A stretch of DNA of 64,000 bases from Octopus sinensis (GCF_006345805.1 NC_043006.1:58466001-58530000); one strand, 5' to 3'; positions 13,219 through 25,420 are shown, counted from the stretch's first letter. Program-made: numbers and translations. Notes: generated by a model from the sequence alone, not told the origin.

Positions 13219-13390
13219 GATGATACGGATACTACATACGGACCGTTTCGGGTCATTGTCATTGCCTCTTATTTTTGTACGTTATCAACGCTAATATTAG
13301 GTATAAACTAATTTCGATATGTGATTTGAAATTATATAGTCGTTTGAACTATATAATAATATATATATATATATATATATATATCAGATG
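13087..13390 (+). repeat. ~185-bp direct duplication containing (TA)n
   Basis: TTTTTGTACGTTATCAACGC...GAACTATA at 13087 and 13271; CAGATGATACGGATAC at 13217 and 13385. Confidence 0.85.
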
Positions 13391-13391
13391 A

Positions 13392-14003
13392 TACGGATAC
13401 TACATACGGACCGGTTTCGAGGTCATTGCCTCTTATCAACGCATGGTAAGCACCGCTCTTCGATGAAGGATTCCCTCTACAGGCAACATATATAAGGTTT
13501 TTTCACAGTAACTACTGTCACTGATGTAGAAAAACTGTCTGAAAACAATAATAAATCTCTGAACGAGATATAAACAGTAACTGCTCGACAACGTAAGGGG
13601 GATCAGCCATCTGAATGTGGCTAGGGACAGGGCGGGGTGGTGGGGGTGTTACTGATGCTTTTAGCCCCAGGCGATCATCAACGTCACCAGAAGGACTGAC
13701 TTTCTACATCAGTGACAGTAGTTACTGTGAAAAAACCTTATATATGTTGCCTGTAGAGGGAATCCTTCATCGAAGAGCGGTACTTACCATGCGTTGATAA
13801 GAGGCAATGACCTCGAAACCGGTCCGTATGTAGTATCCGTATCTTCGAGGGAGGATGACCTCCTTTTACAGGCAAACAAGGACACTGATATGGTGTCAGT
13901 CCTTCTGGTGACGTTGATGATCGCCTGGGGCTAAAAGCATCAGTAACACCCCACCCCCCCGCCCTGTCCCTAGCCACATTCAGATGGCTGATCCCCCTTA
14001 CGT
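13392..14003. mobile_element. Interleaved inverted-repeat element (A x B A' y B') with two U3-A8 hammerheads
   Basis: A 13392-13531 versus A' 13701-13843; B 13590-13700 versus B' 13895-14003; flanked by (TA)n. Confidence 0.8.
13788..13830 (+). ncRNA. Complete type-I hammerhead, U3-A8 core (mirror copy at 13403-13445 minus)
   Basis: CATGCG-TTGATAA-GAGG CAATGA CCTC-GAAAC-CG-GT-C-CGTATG: 6-bp stem I, 4-bp stem II with G10.1-C11.1, palindromic ACCGGT stem III. Confidence 0.75.
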
Positions 14004-14036
<33 letters not shown>

Positions 14037-14063
14037 GTGTATATATATATATATATATATAAG

Positions 14064-14095
<32 letters not shown>

Positions 14096-14116
14096 TATAT
14101 ATATACTATATATATA

Positions 14117-14370
14117 ATATCAAAATAAGCAACAAGTATATCCGAGTAGAGTGGTACCATTGTTTCATCTACTTCATTTTATTAAACACTGTAAGTATTA
14201 CATCAGTGAGGTAATACTTACAGTGTTTAATAAAATGAAGTAGCATGAAACAATTGTACCACTCTACCTCGGATATACTTGTTGCTTATTTTGATTATAA
14301 TCACCCCATTGATTTATATGGATAATACCATACAAAATTCTGGTGCCTTTGACTTAAGTACCATATTCAT
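14117..14370. repeat. Second, internally deleted palindrome of the 11.9-kb family
   Basis: Arms 14117-14200 and 14210-14300; tail 14300-14370 is the reverse complement of 11836-11920; keeps GAAAC-AATT-GT-A but has lost the CTGATGA half. Confidence 0.8.
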
Positions 14371-14947
14371 CTGAATATATATATATATATATGGGTGGAG
14401 GTGCATAATTGTTTTAGATGTGTATTTAGTCACAAGAGACATAGATTCCCTCTCGGCCCCCTTACCCTTGACCTAACGGAGCCCCTGGAGAAATAGGGTT
14501 GCTGCGTTGGTATTTGACAAGCATTCGTTTTAAGATTACTAGACTGGAGCAACGTGGAATGACGTGCCCTGATCAAGGAGACATCAATATTGGTTCACAA
14601 GTATAGTCAGTTGATACCATTGGCAAGCTAGTATTGTCAGTTGACAAGATTGGCTGATCAATATTATTAATTGACAAGACCGGCTGATGAGGGTTATGTA
14701 TTGACAATATTGTCAATTGTGATAGAATTGTCAATTGGCAAAACGGTCTTGTGTTTATGGAGACACCCGATTGCATTTGCAGCTGTTCCACTCCACTTAC
14801 AAACTTACAACTCCCAGAAAAGCACGAACATCAATATTTTTTTCACATACGCGCACACATTTAGTAACCATCATGCCACCAATCCACGCGCATACAGCAT
14901 ACACGCATACACTCTTCTTTTGTTTCATACTTTTTTTTTCGCCCTTT

Positions 14948-15480
14948 TCAAGCCTGGCTAGGCTCATGGGCCCGGTTTCTATGGCGTATGTGTTCCGCCA
15001 GCTGGACGGGACGCCAGTGCATCGCAGCGTTACTTAAGAAACAGGAAGAAAGAGTGAGAAAAAGTTGGGGTGAAAGAGTACAACAGGGGTTGCCACCAAC
15101 CCCTGCCGGAATCTCGTGGCACTTTTTGGTATTTTCGCTCAATAAACACACACAACGCCCGATCTGGGAATCGAAACCGCGATCCTCCAACTGCGAGTCC
15201 ACTGCCCTAACCACTGGGCCATTGCGCCTCCACAAATAAATGCGCCCTTTTAAAGCCTAGCCAGGCTCATGGGCCCGGTTTCAATGGTATATGTGTTCCC
15301 CAGCTGGACGGAACGTCAGTCCATCGCAGCATTACTCCTTTTTGCTAGCTGAGTGGACTGGAGCAACGTGAAATGAAGTGTTTTGTTCAAGAACACAACG
15401 CGTCGCCCGGTCCAGAAACCGAGACCACAATCTTATGATCATGATACTGACACCCTAACCACTTAGCCACGCGCCTCCAC
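14948..15480 (-). mobile_element. Two adjacent tRNA-type SINEs (family C)
   Basis: Heads TGGAGGCGCAATGGCCCAGTGG and TGGAGGCGCGTGGCTAAGTGG on the minus strand with shared 3' bodies. Confidence 0.8.
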
Positions 15481-16224
15481 TGTTTCATACTTTTATCTAT
15501 TGCTTATGAAATTGAAGTTGACGTATTACTTAAACGCTGTAGGTTGATACTTAAGCATGAAAGTGTCAGTGGGATGCAGATTTGCAGAAGAAAGATTAGC
15601 CAAAGGTTGCACTATAGGATTAGAGTGCTCAGTAGGTGTAGACGGGATTGCGAAAAGAGGAGTGATGGGTGAATAAGGTGGGAAACGGCTTATCCAAGTC
15701 GTTAGAAAGTACTTAAATAACCTTTAAATGTTCCAAGAAAAAATTGTTTAAATTTCTTGACCTTTCCAAAGATATTAAAATAATTTCAAAGCTGTACATG
15801 CTTGGCGAGTGGCTTGATCTGAGACCGTGTGTTAAGGCTAAACCAATTAAATTACAAAACAGACATTCTATCCATATCACACACAAACACACACACGCAT
15901 GCATAAATATATGACTGTATATATCTATACATATACATGGATATCTGCACGTGCGCACACACACACGCACGCACACACAAACACACACATAAACCTTTTA
16001 TTTATTTCAGTCGTTAAGCTGAGGCCGTGCTGGGGCACCGCCTAGAAGAATTTTAGTCGAAGGAATCGACCCCAGAACATTTTTTCTTAAAGTCTAGAAC
16101 TTATTTTATCAGCCTCTATAACCGGACCGCTACGTTACGGAGAAATAAACACACCAACACCGGTTGTCGAACGGTGATGGGAGACAAACACAAACACACA
16201 CACAAATACATAATACATACATAA

Positions 16225-16256
<32 letters not shown>

Positions 16257-16374
16257 ATTGGCCTGTTCGCTTAGCCAGCGGGGTGGTGTCATTTGAAGGC
16301 TAAAACAATGCGAAACACTTTGTTACCAGCGATGTGTAGCAACATCTGATAGCCTGGTCGGTCACGTGATCACG

Positions 16375-16424
<50 letters not shown>

Positions 16425-16425
<1 letters not shown>

Positions 16426-17123
16426 CACAATAAGGGTGAAAAAACTGAATATTAATTAATAACATCAATTTAAAACACGAAGTGGCCTAGCGTAAAAAAA
16501 CTGTGATACAGTAAAAATTATTAATACAAGTAATAAGAGAGAGACCACATGTGGTCACTCTAACGCTAGAAATAGATCCGCAAAGGGAATCCACCACTAA
16601 AGAATTGTTCTCAAGCATTAATTCAACATGCCAAGAATGTAAGCGGGCAGGACAAATGAAAAATAACGAAAAAATAGATTAACTCTATACAATTGTTTCA
16701 TCGTTAATAGATTGTGTAATTTTACTTACACAATCATTTTCGAATCCTCAGTAGAGTATATCAAAAATATAATTTGCTGAACCGAACGCCAAAATCCATA
16801 CGAAGCCGAGTAAAGGCGAACGGCACAGCCGATTATATTTGCAGTTACGTTCAAATATCCTCATTTTTGGCGCGTTGAAAAATACCGGATGTAAATACTA
16901 TCCCAGTAATTTACTGCCGGTTTGAGAACATATTAATTTATAATTAAAATCATAATAAGGGTGAAAAAATTGAATATTAATTAATAACATCAATTTAAAA
17001 CACCAGGTGGCCTATTCTTGGCGTGTTGAATTAATGCTTGAGAACAATTCTTTAGTGGTGGATTCCCTTTTTCGGATCTATTTCTAGCGTTAGAGGACCA
17101 CATGTGGTCTCTCTTATTACTTG

Positions 17124-17130
<7 letters not shown>
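16425..17130. mobile_element. Penelope-like composite with direct and inverted repeats
   Basis: 16425-16490 repeated at 16950-17010; 16520-16640 inverted at 17010-17125; flanked by (TA)n. Confidence 0.7.
16682..16757 (-). ncRNA. Complete type-I hammerhead, canonical core
   Basis: Minus strand ACTCTA-CTGAGGA-TTCG...(GATTGTGTAA/TTACACAATC hairpin)...CGAT-GAAAC-AATT-GT-A-TAGAGT; perfect 6-bp stem I. Confidence 0.8.
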
Positions 17131-17184
<54 letters not shown>

Positions 17185-17190
<6 letters not shown>

Positions 17191-17360
17191 ATCCAAGCAT
17201 GAAAACACAACAACGCGAAGACGTGGAAACGTATAGTGTTATTGGACGCTCAGGAAAGGAAAGAAGGAGGATTTAACGTTTCGAGCGGAGCTCTTCGTCA
17301 GAAACATAGAAAAAGAAGGTCCAAGGAGCGAAGACGGAGAAAGAAAATCGCCAACGATGC
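17185..17360 (-). mobile_element. Penelope-like LTR fragment (P2) with canonical-core hammerhead at 17271-17305
   Basis: Minus strand GTTT-CTGACGA-A-GAGC TCC GCTC-GAAAC-GT-T-AAAT. Confidence 0.7.
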
Positions 17361-17489
17361 ATACATACATAAATACATACATACATGACATACATACATA
17401 CAATATATACATACATACATAATATATACATACATAATATATACATAAATATATATATGTATATATATACATATATATTATATATAATA

Positions 17490-17529
<40 letters not shown>

Positions 17530-17879
17530 CGCACGCGCCAGCTTAATTTAATTCGTCCTTAGTCGAAAGACACCTGTTGTTATGTCCTGTCATTTGTATT
17601 TGTGTAACATTCTCCGTTTATTTTCAGTCCTTGTTTTCGTATACATTCGCTGCCTTCTTCCAAGGAATCTAATGCTCTTAGCTTAGTTTTTTGGGGGGGC
17701 TGGCCAGATTGGAGCAATCTCGAGAATAACCAGCTGAAATTGCAAAGATAATCTGGAACTCGACTGAGGAAAGAAAATGATCCCTACTTGTTTTCTTGAT
17801 CCGTACTTGTATCGTCAATCTGGATGTTTTGTTGTCCCTTTTTTGTATCACCTAACTGTTTTGCGTTCTTGTCCCATTT

Positions 17880-17918
<39 letters not shown>

Positions 17919-18235
17919 ATTACAAAATCCTGGCAGATATCAATAAAGCACTCAGTATTAAAATAATTTGGCTCACAATATTCAACAATTACACACTTGT
18001 GAATGTAAGTAGAATACAGATTCCGAGTAAATCCTCATGCGTGACAGGTAAGTCCAGATATCCTTTAACAGAATTTTGAGAAATTCAAAATATTTGACAC
18101 CAAAAATTTCGTAGAGAAAATTACATCTTTATTATAGATCTGTAACGGCAAATTTATTTATGCATGCATGTGAGTGATAAGGATAGAATGTCTGTTTTGT
18201 AATTTAACGGCAGTTGTAACGTATGCATTATGATA

Positions 18236-18283
<48 letters not shown>

Positions 18284-18682
18284 ATATATATATATAATAT
18301 ATATATATATATATACGACAGGCTTCTCTCAGTCACCGTCTATTAAATCCACTCACAAGACTTTGATCGGCCCGAAGCTTTAGTAGGACACACACATACC
18401 CAGACACTATTGCATTCAGTTTTATTTCACGATGGTGTTGTAAACTAGTTTCAAATTTTAGCAAATGGCCAGCAAATTTCGGAGGAGGGGGTAAGTCGAT
18501 TACATCGACTCCAGTGATCAACTAGTACTTATTTTATCGATCTCGGCGGAATTTGAACTCACAACGAAAAGACGGACGAAATATAGCTAAACATTTTAGC
18601 CGGCGTGCTAACGATTCTCACCTCCCTGCTTTGATGTTGTATATTGAAAAAGTAAAAGTCAAAATATTTTGTCATATAGGTG

Positions 18683-19072
18683 CAGGAGTGGCTGTGTGAT
18701 AAGTATAGACGCATGAGTGGCTGTGTGGTAAGTAGCTTGCTTACCACCCACGTGGGTTCTGTCCCACTGCGGGGCACCTTGGACAAGTGTCTTCTACTAT
18801 AGCCTCGGGTTGACCAAAGCCTTGTGAGTGGATTTGGTAGACGGAAACTGTATGTGTGTGTATATGTTTGTGTGTCTGTGTTTGTACCCCTAACATCGCT
18901 TGACAACTGATGCTGGTGTGTTTACGTTCCCGTAACTTAGCAATTCGGCAAAAGAGACCGATAGAATAAGTACTGGCCCTACAAAGAATAAGTCCTGGGA
19001 TCAATTTGCTCGACTAAAGGCGGTGCTCTAGCATGGCTGCAGTCAAATGACTGAAACAAGTAAAAGAGTAAA
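18683..19072 (+). mobile_element. tRNA-type SINE (family B)
   Basis: GGAGTGGCTGTGTGGTAAG head, internal GT tract, 3' end TGACTGAAACAAGTAAAAGA; copies at 26.7 and 44.6 kb. Confidence 0.85.
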
Positions 19073-19432
19073 AGATATATTGTCGACCTGTCCATTGATA
19101 CTCTGTTCCGGTGCTGTAAATTCCGCGTGCTATTATGACACTTGAACTATACTGGAACTATAGTGCTTAAATAATTGGTACTTTGGCATGCAAAGCTGAT
19201 ACGTGTAGGGACAATGGAAGACAAAACGGTTTGCTGAGCTGTAACTTCGAAGTTAAGTCTGCTCTCACTTAGAATTACAAATATTGTAGTAAAACACTGG
19301 GTTCAAAACAGTCATTAAAAAGAAAGCTCTGCACTCCACCAGCCCGCCCGCATACCCGCTCATTATTGTCTTTATTCGTATTTTAATAATTATTCTTTAG
19401 AAAAATTTATAATTCTAACTTTCTATTTTCAG

Positions 19433-19485
19433 GCAGAAAAAAATTTAAAGACTTAAAAGTGGTTGAGAATACTCAGAACCAATGA
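19433..19485 (+). CDS. Candidate terminal exon of the peptide gene (S-RKKFKDLKVVENTQNQ-stop)
   Basis: Branch point CTAAC 19415-19419, pyrimidine tract, CAG acceptor 19430-19432; phase compatible with the 8634 donor; TGA 19483-19485; AATAAA 19511-19516. Linkage is inferred. Confidence 0.45.
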
Positions 19486-19648
19486 TGGACGGATAGAAAG
19501 GATGGTGCACAATAAAAGCTCTTGATTCACATATACACCTCGTTATTGACTTATGTTTACAACTCTCTCTTTCTCTCTCCCTCTCTGTCTTCCTCTTTCT
19601 CTCCCACCGTCTGTCCCTTTGTGTATATATATATATATACATACATGC

Positions 19649-19696
<48 letters not shown>

Positions 19697-19779
19697 TGTG
19701 TGTATGTATGTATGTATGTATGTATGTATACATGTATACACATACAGAATACACACGCATACATACATACATATATATA

Positions 19780-19985
19780 TGCCCTCTGTCCGGCATTCGC
19801 CATGACAGATCGCAATCCACTATACCTTTTTCTGTTTTCTCTCCCTGTTTATTTCTGTGTTCCTTTCTATCGAAGGGCGTAGTCTCGAAACGTAAAAGAC
19901 TTTCTCACTTCCCGAGCGTTAAACTAATACATCTGTTGTTGTTTACACACCCGTCTTCGTCTTTTGTTTTTATGTATTTCCACTA
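19780..19985 (+). mobile_element. Penelope-like LTR fragment (P1), degenerate hammerhead at 19863-19898
   Basis: CTATCGA-A-GGGC GTAG TCTC-GAAAC-GT-A-AAAG, followed by (TA)n. Confidence 0.65.
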
Positions 19986-19986
19986 A

Positions 19987-20046
<60 letters not shown>

Positions 20047-20072
20047 ATCTATGTGAGTGTCTTTTCAAAACA

Positions 20073-20600
20073 TTGTCTGGATTAAAATTGTTAGAACAAT
20101 TTCACCTAAAATGCTTTCATCGCATTTTAAACATTAAATGGAGTTCTTTTACTCCAAACACAAATGTCCTTGCGTCTGCGGGCATCACTTCAATTAAATC
20201 AATGATTCTGAAAAACCAAATGAGATGGTCTGGCCATATTGTTAGAATGGCGGATGAACGCATACCCAAACAGCTGTTTAATGACGAGCTTGCAGAGAGA
20301 AACGTTATCAGTGTAAACCTAAAAATAGGTTTAAGGACGGCATGAGGACCACCATGAAGTCATTTGGAATGAATCCAGAGGACATAGAAACCCTTGCTTC
20401 GGATCGAGCTGGATGGCGAGCAAAAGTGTGGAGTAGAGCGAAAGCGTTTGAAGAGGCCAGGATAACGCTTGCATGACTCAAGAGAGATTTAAAGAACATT
20501 GTTATGATCGTGAAGGTGAATCACAATTACCTCTTTGTGTGTACAGTTTGTGACAGACAATGCCTTTCTTTTGCCAGGCTGAAATGTCATTTGCGGACCC
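20073..20600 (+). mobile_element. RTE-clade LINE 3' remnant
   Basis: LEQFHLKCFHRILNIKW, RWSGHIVRMADERIPKQL, ASDRAGWR. Confidence 0.85.
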
Positions 20601-20796
20601 TTGAAAAACTAACCTCCACCAACTTCTGCCTATATGTCAATGCACACATTTCAATGGCATGTATGCCATAAGGTCTACAAATCTAACGCAAGCCTCAAAA
20701 TACATTTTAAGATCCACAAAGATCAGAACTTAACCGCAGCTCGTGGTGGTTCAAATCGGATATGCAATCTATGTGAGTGTCTTTTCAAAACATTGT

Positions 20797-20896
20797 NNNN
20801 NNNNNNNNNNNNNNNNNNNNNNNNNNNNNNNNNNNNNNNNNNNNNNNNNNNNNNNNNNNNNNNNNNNNNNNNNNNNNNNNNNNNNNNNNNNNNNNN
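20797..20896. other. Assembly gap (100 N)
   Basis: Run of N. Confidence 1.
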
Positions 20897-21336
20897 TAAA
20901 CTAAGATTTATACTTCTAAACCTTCTAAATATATATATATAATATATATATATTCAAAGAATGAATAGTTAATTACACATTTAAGTAAGACTCTGATACT
21001 TAATTCATTTATATACTTATATATTGTTGTTCTATATTATTAATAGCCAAAGATTGTCTTCGACCTAAACGAATTCTATATATCTATTTAAGATATATAG
21101 AAATATATTTCGATAGTTGTAGATTCTATTTACTTAATCATTTTGTCCGTTATAATCTTGTTTTTTGCTGTTGTTGTTTTTTTGTTGGTTTTTTTTTTGT
21201 TTTTTTTTTTTTTTGTTAATAGTACTCGTTATATAGTTGAAAATTTAACGCTCGCGCTTCTAAACATAGATATTTGCAATAAATTTTTTGCAATCTGGCC
21301 GTCCTTTCACGCGGAATTTCGTCTTTCTTTTGAACC

Positions 21337-21421
21337 AAAACCCTGAAGAGACTTATATACATGGATATGAATTGTTTATAAATCAAATAATCTATACAAG
21401 TCGAAACAAATTGTTGGCTTT
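21337..21421 (+). ncRNA. Type-I hammerhead motif, canonical core
   Basis: AAAACC-CTGAAGA (21343-21349)-GACTTATATA...TATACAAGTC-GAAAC-AAATT-GT-T-GGCTTT; stem II 9 of 10 pairs, stem I 5 of 6. Confidence 0.7.
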
Positions 21422-22872
21422 TTTGTTTTTTTAATAATTTTATGTTTTCATATATTATATTCATAGTATATTATGTTATATTATAATATAAATAAATTGT
21501 TAGATTGTCAGAGGAATCTCTCTATTTAATTTATAGCTTGTAATTTGTATTATACCCCTATTTCTGTGGTATTCAACTGACGTACCAGTGAATTGGATGC
21601 CTTGCACACCCCTTTGAAGGAATTTCTTTTCTTAATTACTTTTTATATATGCATGTATGTATAATAAAATACTTACATAAATTTCATACTGTTGTAGCGA
21701 AAATAGTACTCCCCTTCCCACGTGAGAAAGTGGTATGAGTAGCCACTATAAAGTCAGACAGTCAGTCGATGTAGGATGGTCAGTAGTAGTAGAGTCGTGG
21801 TACAAGTTCTTAGTTGGAGTTACATGTCAGTTGCGTGATATATATTTGTTCGAGCTATCGTCTAGGTAGACGTTTCAAAGCCATTGTCTTGCGGAGGTAT
21901 CAGCGATATCACGATAGACAAGTCAAAAACGTGGAATACCGCTACAACAATAGTGGCGACAAGAATATTACAATGCCAAGAATAACATACAAGTGGACGA
22001 GGATCTTACATTAAAACACATACATTATTACATATGTTTATACTTATATATATAGTCAACAGGTGAGAGTCAGAGATTCTAGGTATTGAAAACACTTAGT
22101 AGCGCTCAAACGATTCGAACTTAGACTCTGATATCTTTACGAGAAACCAACTCTGCGGGGTAAAGAGTGGTTATAAGAGGAATCCAGGTAAGGAGATATG
22201 GAGACAATTATGTAGATAAACAAATTAAATATACCTGCTCAGGTTTGATTTACAAAATATATATGTGTATACATGCAAACAGAAAGAAAGCAAAAACTGA
22301 AGATGTTCAAACTATGAATATTTAAGTATAGATATAAAGATATTTATATATTAATAGATCAAATTCACACAGAGTAAAAACGACAGAGAAAATTAAAGGG
22401 GAAGAGGCAAGGCGTTATAAGTCCAACAACTGTTTCTGGAGGCTTAGAGATCTATCATAGTGTTGGTAAATGTAGTTCAGACAAAAATGCACTCACACGC
22501 AGAAGAAATAAATAATATATTTGTATATAGTCAGTTTTAAGCAGAGGCTCTGATAGTCACATTTTTAAAATGTAATAAAAGGAATTTTCTCTCGCATATA
22601 ACGGTTATTACATATATGCGAAAAACAACATAGCATTTGTACCTTTTCTATATACAGGCACGCATACACACACTCGTACGCGCACGTATATCTCTCCTAC
22701 ACACAGGCGCAGATATAGACAGATATGCAAAAGGTGTATTTCATATATGCGCATGAGAAGTCGAATGTAGAATTAGAAGTTTTGACGGAAATTATTTTAA
22801 AAGGGTACACTGTAATAATATTTGTATGTGCTTTTTAAGGTATATCAAAATTAATAAGTAAACGTGTGCGAA

Positions 22873-23085
22873 GGCGGCGAGCTGGCAGAGTTGTTAGCAC
22901 CCCGGACAAAATGCTTAGTGGCATTTCGTCCGTCCTTACGTTCTGAGTTCAAATTCCGCCAAGGTCGACTTGGCCTTTCATCCTTTCCGGGTCAATAACA
23001 TAAAGACCAGTTGAGCACTGGGGTCGATGCAATCGAGTTACCTCATCACCCGAAATTTCTGGCTTTGTGCAAAATTTGAAACCAA
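22873..23085 (+). mobile_element. tRNA-type SINE (family A)
   Basis: GGCGGCGAGCTGGCAG head and B-box GAGTTCAAATTCC. Confidence 0.85.
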
Positions 23086-23111
23086 TATGTAAATGTTTGT
23101 GTGTATATGTA

Positions 23112-24353
23112 CAGCGTGCGGACGGTATTTGAGGGCAGATTTATGATATTATGATATTTATGATTTTTAAAAAATGCTTATATATAACAGAAAAAACTGT
23201 ACTTTTTATAGAAATAACATAGAGCTAAATTATCAATTTAATAATTTCATTCAATAAAACCACCATAAGCATCACTAGCTACCTCTATGAGGGGTCGAAG
23301 TCGTTTACAAGCTCGGCCCTTGTTCATATCGGATATGACTCGAACTATGGCGGCTTTCCAAGAATTTTTGGTGCTATGGGAGTGTTCATAAAGATTTTTC
23401 TCAACGATGCTCTATACATATTCGTTTAGTGGATTGAGACCTGGAAAATTAGAAGGCCAAATGTTGGGGGTGATGTGATCATGTAAATTGTTGGGTATTC
23501 ATTCTTGTGTCATTTGAGCCTTGTGTGATGGTGCAGAATCCTGTTGAAAGACATGAGACCTTCCGTTGTATACACTATTGATCCAAGGCCTAAAACCGTT
23601 ATCCAGAACCTCACTATACGCAGCAACATTCACCATAAGGCCTTGTGAAAAAAAATGAGGAGGCATCACATGTTCTTCATTGCTAACAATACCCAAAACC
23701 ATGACACTTGCAGGAAATTTTGTGTGCATTGCTCTTGGAACCTCAGAAGAGTCTGCACATAGCCATCTGTTATTTCTTCTGTTAGTTTTCTGGGAATGGT
23801 TAAAGTTTTTCTCATCTGAGAAAAACCAAATCACACCATCTTTTGACCGATTTTCAAGTTTGTTCAAAAGTCTTTTAGATCTGATTAAACGGATTTCTTT
23901 TGATTTTTCTGACATGAATTGACCTCTCTTCATTACGTAAGATTTGTAACTGATGTCATCATGCACAACATTTCTGATTGTTTTTCTGACACACGAATTT
24001 TTTTTGCAATTGACCTCATTGAATTTCTAGCATTGTCATCAATGTTTTGCTCAACTTCCTGAATAAATTCATGTGTCTTGACAGAATTAGAGCGTTTGGG
24101 ATGTGTTTTTCGTTTTGATACAGGTAATACACTTCCGTCTTCTTTCTCTAACTCACACCAAATCCTGTGGACAAAAGATCTTGCAACTTTCAGAAAACGA
24201 GAAAATTCTTAATCACCATGCTTAGCCCTCAAAGCCCCAATCATAGCATGCCTTTTCATTTCACTCGTCATGGTTATTTTCTGAAATAGAAGTTCAATGA
24301 AAATAAAATAATGACTAAAAACGCACGTGCCCTCAAATACCGACCGCACCCTG
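23112..24353 (-). mobile_element. Full-length but decayed maT-type (DD37D) Tc1/mariner element
   Basis: 26-bp TIRs (24/26 match), TA on both sides; WFFSDEKNF, VMVLGIVS, FQQDSAPSHKA, IWPSNFPGLNPL with stops. Confidence 0.9.
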
Positions 24354-24372
24354 TATATATAAGTGTATATCC

Positions 24373-24406
<34 letters not shown>

Positions 24407-24929
24407 TGGTTATATGTGTATATATATGCTGGTGTGACTACGTACATGCATATATTTATGTATATGTGCGTAGATGCTTATTCTTTCATTTGCTAATAGA
24501 AGTAGCAAAATTCCTTCTCAGTTTTCTGACTGTTAACTTCTCTCTCCCTTTCTATCTAATCTAACTCTTCTTTTTTACTCTACCACCGTCAGACAGTTAA
24601 CTTGTCATCAACGGCGACATTACGTGAGCTTCTCGTCGACCTGGTAGCAGCTTACTACATGAGATTCTCTGTTGAAACCCCTAGCTGATGCGATAAACTT
24701 TGTAACAGTTGAATAATATCTGCAATGTGTATAAATCATCTTGCGTCAATCTCTTTCAATAGATCAAGAAATTATTAACTATGCAACATCTCCTCTGCTT
24801 GAATCCACCAAGTTACAGTTATACCGTCGCTGTGTGGTAAAAAGTTTACTTACCAGTCACATGGTTCCGGGTTCAGTCCCTCAGCGTCACATCTTGGGAA
24901 AGTGTCTTCTACTATGGCTCCGAGCCGAC

Positions 24930-24983
<54 letters not shown>

Positions 24984-25004
24984 ATATATAATATATAGTT
25001 AAAA

Positions 25005-25200
25005 TTTACAAAAAAAAAGACGAAGACGGGTGTGTAAACAACAAACAGATGTATTAGTTTACCGTTCGGGAAGTGAGAAAGTCTTTTACGTTTCGAGCCT
25101 ACGCTCTTCAACAGAAAGGAACACAAAAATAAACAAGGAGAGAAAATAGGAAAAGGTTTAGTGGCTAACGATCTATCATGGTGAATGCCGGACAGAGGGG
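25005..25200 (-). mobile_element. Penelope-like LTR fragment (P1) with hammerhead variant at 25083-25118
   Basis: Minus strand CTTT-CTGTTGA-A-GAGC GTAG GCTC-GAAAC-GT-A-AAAG. Confidence 0.7.
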
Positions 25201-25420
25201 TCACACAGGAGAGCTAGGAAGAAGGGGAAATAATAAAGTAGAGGTGATCCCAAAACGAAGGTGCGCGTGCGTAGTGTATGTGAGAGCGTGTATGTGCCTG
25301 TGGAAGGGGGCTAGAGACATTGACGTGTGCGTATGCATGTGTAGGTGTATGGATGATGGTGTAGGTGCTGGGAAGTGGTCAGTGCTAGTGTACGCGGGGT
25401 GATGTGATGCGGTGTGGTGG

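Noticed and set aside
14948-15232. tRNA genes at SINE heads
   Set aside because: A/B boxes run into SINE bodies and no complete cloverleaf is evident.
17764-17806. CTGAGGA with 7-bp stem II as a hammerhead
   Set aside because: GAAA is mutated to GATC and stem I does not pair; counted only as a decayed relic.
17917-18053. Middle exon of the peptide gene ending at ACAG/GTAAGT
   Set aside because: Good donor, but no phase-compatible acceptor with a pyrimidine tract.
20041-20796. 36-bp direct repeat flanking the RTE fragment as a target-site duplication
   Set aside because: The second copy ends exactly at the N gap, so a scaffolding artefact is as likely.
22420-22470. GAAAC-AGTT-GT-T half motif on the minus strand
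   Set aside because: The CUGANGA half and stem II are not intact.
24590-24790. Possible hAT transposase relic on the minus strand
   Set aside because: Similarity is too weak to call by eye.
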